Shown: positions 54,931 through 64,000 of the stretch, in pieces
Position numbering within the stretch: position 1 is the first letter of the stretch
Layout: every line of letters starts with the position of its first letter
NCBI GenBank assembly: GCA_001244265.2
Contig: CDLV01000011.1
Location: forward strand, 1,302,001 to 1,366,000
Source of the DNA: Microbotryum violaceum
Lineage: Eukaryota
Direction: 5' to 3'
Length of the DNA: 64,000 nt
Made by a program: the position numbers and the translations under genes
The notes under the pieces: generated by a model
Seen by the model: only the letters and a program-made list of their open reading frames with translations
Told to the model about the DNA's origin: nothing
The model's database searches: none

Positions 54931-56305
54931 GGCATCGATACAAATTCGCAGTGGCCGGCGGATTCGGGGCGCGGTCCTTCGACTTCTCCAGACCCATCAG
55001 ACTAGACGGCGTCGGTGTGGGGTAGAAAAAACACTGGAAGTGTTGCCGTTGGCGGGGCATCAGGCTCTCGGTCAGGAGTGCGCCAGCGGGGTCGATGGTA
55101 GCTGTCGAGCTGGCGACGACGATGGGTAGATGATGGATTAGAGCTCCGAGATTGTGCCCTTCTTTCAACGACACGTCGGTCACTTCGATGGCACGTGGCA
55201 GAAGTTGGCGTGGATCCTCATCGTTCGGTGCGAGCTGCCAGTGAAGCAGAAGAGAGGAGCGGGTAAGGCCAGACCGTCGAATTTAAGGTGCGATGACCGG
55301 AGAGCCTCTTGCCATGGAGCCCTTGGAGTCGATGAGGTGGCGAATGGCGTGGTAGACGGGTCGCCTGTAAAGACGTGTATGGCATGAGCGACGCTCGTCA
55401 CTCCTTCGAAGGCGACATTATTCGCACTGGAACGTTTGCTAGCGGAAATGTTCATAGACGACTCACGATCGACCTCGATGCTTCGGAAATGGAGCGTGGT
55501 TCGCGGACGGGGCAAAGGCCCGGAAGGCGCAGCCGGCAGGAGACGATCCGAGTGTGCTCGTGCAGACCGTGACCTCGCACAAGTCGGCCGACTCGTTTGA
55601 CGTCGACACCATACCGAGTGATGAAAAGCCGGTCGCTGCGAAGTCTAGGTGATGCACCAACCTCACGATCGCGGCCAAGGCCGGGGAGCTGGCAACGGGG
55701 CCGGGCCCAACTTCATTCCTTGACCTCGGCCACGTACACGCCCTCGTGATCGTGCAGGACGAAAAATTAATAGTAAAAGGAAAACCAGGGACAGAAGGAG
55801 GAAGAGAACTCGTGTTCCATTTGGATGGCCTGAGCGTGTGGTGCAGCCCAGGCTGCGCAATCTTGGCCCACGGACTGCATTAAAGGGGTCGGGGTATCTG
55901 GGTACAGTGAGATGTGGATTATGCACTGATAGCATCATCATGTTTCGAGGTTTTCTCCTCTAATGCGGAAATGCCCACACCGGCTTATTGTGCTACAGCA
56001 GCTCGGTGCAATGCGCTATTCGGACTCACCGCGGCGCTGCGATTTCAATTCCCAATCGAGCCGCCAGCGATCGAAGCGCTTAGACCGGTGCAAAGTGCTG
56101 CTTTTTTTTAGGTTTTCTAAAAAAGAGTAAAAAAAAAAGGAGGGAGCAAGAATCCCGATCGCGATCACACCGAGCCAGAGAAGTTGTATGAAAGAGAAAA
56201 GTGCGGTGGCGTTCTTTTTGAGTATTGCACTGAGCCCATTCTCTCGGAAAGCCGACGAGCAGTAGATGCACGTAAAACATAAGATCGCTGCGCTGCGCCT
56301 CTAAT

Positions 56306-58824
56306 CTACTCCCACTCCGCCCCAAGTATTTCCTGACTCTTCTTGACCTCCCTCTCAACTTCCCTCCTCACCTCTTCCGCTGTCTTCCTCTTGACCCTCT
56401 CAGGAGGCTCAGGTTCGACACTTCCTCCATCATCGTCATCGCTATCCTCCTCTCCTTCGGAAGCCACGACCCTCCCGGTCTCAGGCTGGTCCCTGAACAC
56501 CCCTTCCTCCTCCTCATCATCAGTGCCAGCTCCGACTAACGGTTCCCCTCTCTCCCTCTTCGATGACCCCGTCGTCGTAGTGATCAAATTGATCCCCCTC
56601 GACGTCCTCCTCACAATCCCCTCTTTAGCCCTCTGCATCCACTCCTCCCCATCTCTCGCAGCCTGTGTCCACGACCCAGGCACCTCATTCCCGACCAAAC
56701 GTTTCCTCCTCTGCACACCGAACGACAACGAATTTGCTCTCTGAGGAATCGGCCTCACCACTCCTATAGGAAGATCCGATCTACGTCGAGAAGTAGATGC
56801 CCCTGAATGGGTCGCTGATCGAGAAAGGGTGAATGCTGATGCGCCCCATCCTGTAGGAATATCTTGATCATCGTCTTTGCCGTCGAGGTTAAAGCATGGG
56901 AAGCTACTAGGTGCAGTGATGACTCGTCTTGGAGGGGGTTGAAGAGGTGCTTGATTACGTAGTTGATCAGGTCGGATCGTCTCCCCGTTTGAGAAACTTT
57001 CGAACCTCGATCGAGTAGGTAATGGATCCGTAAGGACCGTGGCTCGATCAAGTTCGTCTTCGTCGTCGTCATCATCGCTACTGCTGGCTTCAAGCTCCAT
57101 GCCTTCGACCGTTTGATCCTTCGGAGTCATTCCCATCCCACGTGAAGCGTAATAAATTGTCTTTGGGGACGAGACCTTCCTCGAAAAAGGTCGTTCATAT
57201 ACGATCCGGCCGTCATATGTCCCTACAACATCCGGGTTCGACGTCGTCGACGAAGCATTCGAGATGGCCGAGTTGGAACGGGCCATACGTGTCGTCAGTC
57301 GATGAGGACTTTCGTCGGTCGTCGGGAGAAGTCGAACTGAGTTCTCGAGACCGATGTGCGTCGAGCCGGTCAATTTGGACGAGGAGGATGAGCTGCGGTT
57401 TTTGATGAGAGGTTCGACTGGGCTGGAGGTATCCGATAAAGGGTTGTAGCCGCTCGTTGAGAAGTGGGGCGTTCTGGACGAAATGGTCGGGGTGGAAGAA
57501 GTGGCGCGATGTATTGGAGGAGGAATGGGGACAGCTCCTCCCGGTCGGTGGGTCATGGACAAAGATGGGGCTCGGGGTTTGGAGGGTGGATCGGCGGTCT
57601 TTTTGAGTGAGACTCGACGAGGGGGCGGTTCGATTGGAGATATAACCGAGGGTTTTCTCGGCGGTAGTGAGGGTGGGAATGGGATTGTCGAAGAGGTCGC
57701 TGCATTTTTGGGTTGGTTCGGCACAGCTCTTGGAGTTACGGTGGTCGAAGTTGAAGGCGATGCCGATGATCGGAAGGGGTTCGTTTCCCTCTTGGCAGGA
57801 GCCACTCCGGATTCGCTGACGATCCTCTTGGCAGGCAAGGGAGGTGGTGGGCCCCGACTAATACTTGCGATGGGGACGGGGACGGGGACGGGGACGGGGA
57901 CGGGGACGGGGACGAGGCTAGGCGCAGTGATGTCTTGCTCCACGGTCTTGGCGGCGGCAGCCGGATGTGGGGGCGGGGAAGGGCTCGCCACAGGGGTGAT
58001 GCGGAAGGGGTTCGACGAAGTTGTCGCAACGGCAGGTGAGGTCGGACTCGAACAGGGATTTTGCTCGACTAAGGAGATTTCGGTAGAAGGAGCAGGCACA
58101 AACAACTGCGCGGGCTCATCGTTCTGGATGAAGGCTAGATCACGTGTGAGGAACCTGTTCGTTGACGAGTGGGACCATAATCGGAGCATGCCTAGCATGA
58201 GGTGAAAGGGGGCGCTCTCCCGATCTGATGAGTCGGTCTGGATTGCTGATGGTTCGCGGTAGAAGGAGAGGATCTGCATTCAAGCGGAGTGAGAAAGATT
58301 TCCGCGGGAGGGGAGGGGACAGGACGGCGTCAGCATGACAATTGCTGGGGGGCTCGGCCACGAAAAGAACTTGTTGGAGATGGTCTCGTACGACCAAATC
58401 GGGTGATGCCCATCGAATGATCTTGTCCGCACCTCGCAAGCTCCCACTGCTTGATGGGGTCGCATAACACGCCCTCCGACTGCCCGAGTTCGGTGTGCTC
58501 GAGACCGAGTGCTCCAGTCCGTCGCGGCACTGCCTCAATCCAAATGCACCCCACCCGTCTCACACAGCGTGGACGCACCTGTTTCTCAACCTTCGGATCA
58601 ACATCGACTTTGATCCATCTCTTGAGGACTTGCCAAAGCTCCGAAGGCGATGTACTGGTGCCAGAGCGTGATCTCTGCTCAGCGGCTTGCTGCTCTGGCT
58701 CCTCGGGTCGTCCAGGCCGGTGATGATCGTGATTGACCAAGATCGAGTAAGCCTCGTATTCGATCGGTGACAAGGCAGAGGGGTCGATCAGCAATGGTCT
58801 TGGTCGTGCTCCAGGGGAGACCAT
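56306..58824 (-). CDS. Uncharacterised Pro/Ser-rich protein with a small helical N-terminal domain
   Basis: 657-aa ORF plus a probable upstream exon (MVSPGARPRPLLIDP...VEKQ^ILSFY...MLRLWSH...DLAFIQ). Contains many PxxP motifs. Confidence 0.65.
57872..57914. repeat. (GGGACG)n hexamer repeat encoding poly-Pro-Val
   Basis: Seen directly. Confidence 0.9.
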
Positions 58825-59763
58825 CACTTGTGGAGAAGATGGGGCTGTGAAGGTGCAAGTGTGAAGGGGGAAGGGCCCAGGGGAGCGAGATCTACCCCAG
58901 TGCACAGTGGGCTATGGAGGCCCTTCCCTCGCGAGAAGTCGTCCGCGGCTCGGATAAGACGGCGAGACAATATCCGGCTTGTTTCGGGTTAGGTTCAAGG
59001 TTTCGGGCTGAGTCTCCTTGAAAAGCGTAGCTCAACACCAGGAGCTCCTCTGCGTATCAGGTTCCGATTGTGATGCCCACTTCGGAGCTGTTCGCTTCCG
59101 ACGAAACTGGCCGAGATCACCCGAGCTTCAGCCTTCCGCCGGGTTGTCAGCTTTGCCTGTGGACGTGCAAGGCGGTGTCTGCAGTGGACGTCTGGATCCT
59201 GGATCCTGGATCCTGTCAGTGGAAGCTCCCCGTAGAATATGTCGAGAAAGTGCCGGCCCGACATGAGCCCCTGAAATTTTCAGTGCACCCATCCGCTTAA
59301 AAAGCAGTGTTTCACAAGTCTCTGGCGATGCTGTCTTCGCTCGAACTCACAATCTCCCGAATCACAATACTTGGCTCCGAAGATGCGCACGGACCTCTCG
59401 AATGAGATCGGGCCGCGGCGACTCGAAACGGTCCCAAATGTCAAGCTGGTACATGAAAAAGGGTCAGATCTTTCGGTGAACCTGGTGCAAAAATAATTTC
59501 AATGAACTTGAGTGTCTTCCAGTCCTTGAATCAACTCTAGCTGCATTGTGCACTTCCCCTGACACCAAAACAATGATATGACCAGCCGAAGCTTTAGCCA
59601 CGCTGCGATTGGCTGGCCTGCCGATTTGGTCCACTTTTCTCGGGCGGATCCGCTTTTGAAGCGGCCACAATTCAGAACATTCAGAAGCCGCCGCGCACCC
59701 GCCGTGTCGACCTCTCTCCACCCCGATCCGCCTCCACCTCCGCCTCCCAGCCCGTCCAAGACC

Positions 59764-60728
59764 ATGTCCTTCCAACTGCTGCGACACTCTGCTCTCCGAA
59801 GTAGCGTCCTGAGCTCAGCCCGAGCGTTCTCGACCAGTAAGTCGTCGTGGACGTGGACGAGTCTCTCCAGTCGGGAAGCGAGTTGGCCCGATCGAGCGCT
59901 GACCACCTCGTTCTCGCCGCGGTACGCTCATCGCTTGATTGCCCCTGCAGCTCGACCTGGTTTGGCGGCTGTTAAGCGTGAGTGACTGGATCGTCAAGCA
60001 TTCGCTGTCGATCATAGCTAAGCTCCTCATTGTTCTGGACCCTCCCTCCAGCTTGTAAGCGTCCCGCTCCTTCGCGTGCCACCTCTTTCCACCCCTCTCC
60101 CCCGCCTCCCCCACCGGCAGCACTAAGCTCCCTCTCCCTCTTCCTCTCCCTACCGTCCACAGACATCGAAGGGACCGTCAACGACCCAACCCCCTTCCCA
60201 GCCCCCAACAAGGCCCACGGTTCCTACCACTGGACCTTCGAGCGTCTCCTCTCTGGTGCTCTCGTCCCTCTCGTCGGAGCGACGGCCGTTACGTCGGTTC
60301 ATCCTATTCTGGATGGGGTCTTGGCCGTGGCTATTGTGGCTCATTCACACATGGTATGTCGGATACGAGGTTTGAATTGAAAGGGCGGGGCTGATCAGCG
60401 CTTGCCGCCACCCCGATATTCGTCCGTCTCCCCACCTTGGCGCTCCTACAGGGCCTGGACCAAGTCCTGATCGACTACGTCCACCCCAACAAGTTCCCCG
60501 TGATCGGCACAATCTCGAAATGGCTCGTTCGAATCGCAACCGGCGGTGTCTTGGTCGGGGTCTACCAGTTCAACACGAATGACATTGGTCAGTTCTCGGA
60601 GTGAGAAAGGCGCAGCTTTCGTTCCGCGGCTTTTGTGTTTATGTTGGAGGTCAGCGACTGAGGTAGTTATCTGTTTTTGCTTTTCCGTAGGCTTGACGGA
60701 ATTGGTCAAGAAAGCGTGGCATGCATGA
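59764..60728 (+). CDS. SDH4: Succinate dehydrogenase cytochrome b small subunit (CybS)
   Basis: Mitochondrial presequence MSFQLLRHSALRSS; EGTVNDPTPFP...HGSYHWTFERLLS; HSHMGLDQVLIDY; YQFNTNDIGLTELVKKAW. Confidence 0.93.
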
Positions 60729-60932
60729 GCGAGGATGAGGTCGAGTCCAGGAAAGAAACGGGAGGGGTGGATTTATTTGTAGGATTACGTGTCTGGTCCG
60801 ACGGGGGGGTTCGTTGAGCTCGTTTTCGAAAAAGGGTTGAAACAGATTGCAGTGTTCTCCCTTTTCCAAAGAAGCGCATTCTAGAACACGAATGTGATTG
60901 ATTACAACAAGGCTCGATACACTTGGCGCGCA

Positions 60933-62069
60933 CTAGGAACTGCCCCCATCCCTCTGGCTCATCTCCCTCCGAATCCTTAAAGCATCCTCCATCCACCCTT
61001 TGATCACCTCGTCCTCCCCTTCCTCGTCCACACCGGCCCACTCAATCTCTTGTCCTTCGTGGTCGACCATGATAGGATCGGAGAGGAAGGTGAGAGGGGT
61101 GGAGAGATGTTCGAAACGACCCGAGGTGGGGAGAGGGGGTGGGGGCGGAACGAAAGGACGGGTCGTGGGGTGGGTGGTGGGAGGTACGGGTCTTGTGGTG
61201 GGTATGATGGGGGGAAGACCGGAAGGGAGGGGAGCGAGGGAACGTTTTGTAGGTCTTGTAGGTTTGGGGAGCTTCGAGTGACCGTCCGAATCAAGTGGTC
61301 GTTCAAAATCGATCTCTTGGCCTGGTCGAGGAGCGATGATCTCTTGCGTAGGTGGGATCTCTTTTTCGATGATGTGGAGGTCAATCTTCTGAACGCTGGA
61401 CGTTGGCTCCAGCACTTGTGATTCGTTTCGAACGGGGTTGAGCTGTACTTGATCCCTCGACGCGCTCTCCTCGTCCAGAAAGATGATATCGTCCGTATCC
61501 TTGCCTAGACACCTTTTCATGACCCACTCGCTCCTTCTCCAACAAGGCGCCCCACAAAACCTGTTCAATTCGTTCTGTTCGTTGGTCAAAGGTTTTAATC
61601 GAGCGAATAGTCCCGAGGAACGGAGTTTGAACCTCGGCCCACCACCGTACGAATCTTGGTCCACCTCCCCAAGGGACGGTTTATACCCCTGCGCCGGTCT
61701 GTTCGTACACCCCACCCAAGCACACTTGTCCTCCAAATGTCTCTCCTCCCACAAATCCCTCCACGTTCCCGCACTAAAGACCGACAAATTCTTCCTCAGT
61801 TCGTCCGGCCCGATCGGTTCAGAGGCAGAAGCCCAATCGGCGATCAAGTTGAGCACCTCCAAAGAGGGCGCTTTGAGGAACGTTTGCGATCGGGTGGAGA
61901 ATTGCGTGGATATGGAAGTGTAGAGGGCCGAGTTGGAGGTCGGGGAATGGGGTTGAGAGGAATGGGTGATGTGGTAGGTTAGGGGATTGGGGGAGGAGGA
62001 GGTAGTGGCGGTGGCGGTGGTGTTGGCGGTGGGAGGAGGGGGTCGAGGAGGGGGTGGAAGCGACGGCAT
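60933..62069 (-). CDS. RTR1: RNA polymerase II CTD phosphatase Rtr1/RPAP2-like
   Basis: EERHLEDKCAWVGC...FCGAPCWRRSEW matches the RTR1-type zinc-finger pattern. Confidence 0.72.
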   Translation of the reverse strand: MPSLPPPPRPPPPTANTTATATTSSSPNPLTYHITHSSQPHSPTSNSALYTSISTQFSTRSQTFLKAPSLEVLNLIADWASASEPIGPDELRKNLSVFSAGTWRDLWEERHLEDKCAWVGCTNRPAQGYKPSLGEVDQDSYGGGPRFKLRSSGLFARLKPLTNEQNELNRFCGAPCWRRSEWVMKRCLGKDTDDIIFLDEESASRDQVQLNPVRNESQVLEPTSSVQKIDLHIIEKEIPPTQEIIAPRPGQEIDFERPLDSDGHSKLPKPTRPTKRSLAPLPSGLPPIIPTTRPVPPTTHPTTRPFVPPPPPLPTSGRFEHLSTPLTFLSDPIMVDHEGQEIEWAGVDEEGEDEVIKGWMEDALRIRREMSQRDGGSS

Positions 62070-62458
62070 GGGAGGGAACAGGGCAGGCGGAGGAGAGATC
62101 AGCGTATCGACTTTTTTTGAGTTGAACGAGAGAAAGAAAGAGGAGCTCAGAGAGACCTGCGCAAGAGGAGCTGAGGCGTGACTCGTTGCGCGCGCCGTCG
62201 ATCACCGGATCACCCACCGATCACTTTCAGTCTCCCCCACGCAAGCTGCTACGCAAGCTCACCCAAGCGCTCGTAAGCGCCACGCTCGACCTCGGCACCC
62301 GGCACACGCACTCCGCCAGCCCCTTCGCCACCGAGTGTGGTATTAGGCTGGCGTAGAACAGCCCCCGAGGGACCGAGTGACATACTCTTTCCCTCGCTCC
62401 TTCCCTTTGCCCCGGCCGCCACCGCCACCGCCGCCGCCGCCGCTTCGTCAAGATCTGG

Positions 62459-64000
62459 ATGAGCTCCTCCTTGTTCGTCGCTGCCAAAGCGAGCAAGGCC
62501 GAAAGACCCTTGGATGCGATACTAGGCGATCTCAGGAGCAAGTGAGTATGACCTACATTCGCAGCGCATATCGGAACAGAGCCGTGTTGAAACTCAACTC
62601 GGGAGCTGAACCGCACCCGTCCGCCCTCGCCCGTGCAGGCATGATGAGATCCGCTTCAAGGCTGCGCAGGAACTGTACAACTATGTTCGTAGTCCTCCAG
62701 GTGTGGTCTACTCGCCACCTACCCACAACTGACACCTTGAACGGTGACACTGCAGATCCTCGCCAGCTCGCGATCGCTCTCGGCTGAAGCGTTCAACAAA
62801 ACCTATTCCGAGATCCATGCACGATGCTTTGCGCTCGTCAATTCGTCCGATTTACAGGATAAATTGGCAGGTGTCACAGCAATAGGTTCGTCCCATCCTC
62901 ACTCGTCTTCCGGTCCCTCACACTTGAACTCACCGCGCTCCCCTCTCCCCACTTGCTTCCGCCGTGTCCCACCCACCTCACAGACAAGATCGTCGATGTG
63001 TTGGGCAACGATATGTCGAGGGCCATTCGCTTGGCGGCTTCCGTGCAACGCGCCTTCCCTTGCTCCGACTCGTTGGTCATGACCAACGCTGCCAAAGTCT
63101 TTGGTGCGTGTCCGAAAAACTCAACCGAGCGACCGGTTCGATCCTGATCGACTTTGGTGGCCTCACAGCTCGGCTGGCCGCGCAGGGTGGTATCCTCATG
63201 AGTGGGCACGTCGATACGCAGGTCAAGAGCTGTATCGAATGGTTGCAGGGTGAGCTTCCGTCTCTCATGTGCTCCATGGCCGTTCAACTGCTGACCGGTC
63301 CCTTGAACGCAGGTGACCGAATCGAGAATCGACGATACGCGGCCGTGCTCATCCTGAGGGAATTGACCAGACAAGCACCGGGCTTGATCTATGAACATCT
63401 GACCGAGTTGTTGGACAACTTGTGGACCGCCATGTGGGATCCCAAGGTAGACTTTCGCAACATCGACATCGATATCTGCTCCAAAGACCCGCACTGACGC
63501 CCAGGCTCCATTCCGCAGGTCGCAATCCGAGAAGCCGCAGCCGATGCATTGGCGGGCTGTCTACTGATTGCAACCCAGCGAGACGGGCAGTTGCGGGTGG
63601 ATGCGTACAACATGGTCTTTGGTCAGGCGCAGATCGGGTTCAAGACCGGTTACCCGGAAACGATCCATGGGTCTCTGCTCGGGTACAAGGAATTGTTCCT
63701 CGAGGGCAAACTGGTGGGTCTTGACTCAGTAGCGTACAAAGTTTTCCAGAGTTTTGACATCTCTGGTTTGGTCGCTCCACAGTTCATGGCCGACCGATAC
63801 GGCGAAGTGTGCGACCAGATCTTGTTCTACAAGGATCATCGCGACCCCCTTGTTCGAAGGGCCGTCATCGAACTCATCCCTACCATCGCTTCGTACAATG
63901 CGAACGAGTTTGCCGCACATTATCTCAGTCGGACGATGGCGTTCTTGCTGGATCAGTTGAAGAAGGATAGAGGGGATCGAGCCACCGGTGAGTGCACTCT
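62459..64000 (+). CDS. TOR1: TOR kinase, N-terminal HEAT region (partial, continues past the window)
   Basis: Spliced DLRSK^HDEIRFKAAQEL...ENRRYAAVLILREL...LWTAMWDPK^VAIREAAADAL...IHGSLLGYKELF...ILFYKDHRDPLVRRAVIELIP. Confidence 0.92.

Overview
Intron-rich fungal genomic DNA. GT-AG introns with CTRAC/CTGAC branch points, high GC and the Ubc2-type Ste50 architecture point to a basidiomycete; finer taxonomy cannot be fixed from this window. About 19 protein-coding genes are present: MAS2 (3' end), YOS9/OS-9, aspartate aminotransferase, a single-pass membrane protein, carboxypeptidase Y, a Q-rich vWA protein, a two-RRM protein, a DUF1769-like protein, a membrane hybrid histidine kinase, STE50/UBC2, SmD1, an Ariadne RBR ligase, a TMEM97/EXPERA protein, a HELLS/Irc5-type SNF2 ATPase, SLA1, an uncharacterised Pro-rich protein, SDH4, RTR1/RPAP2 and TOR (5' end). 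There is also a disabled MFS transporter, and two direct-repeat, disabled copies of a FunK1-like kinase sequence about 13.15 kb apart. The most interesting signals are: an unidentified, strongly nested-folding ~280-nt intergenic element at 29.9-30.2 kb (candidate ncRNA); a PTS2-like N-terminal extension with a second in-frame Met on the aminotransferase; a CPY start codon formed only by splicing (A^TG); the chimeric kinase-repeat pair; a near-perfect 31-bp hairpin; and many short tandem repeats. Exon boundaries were read by eye and no database search was run.
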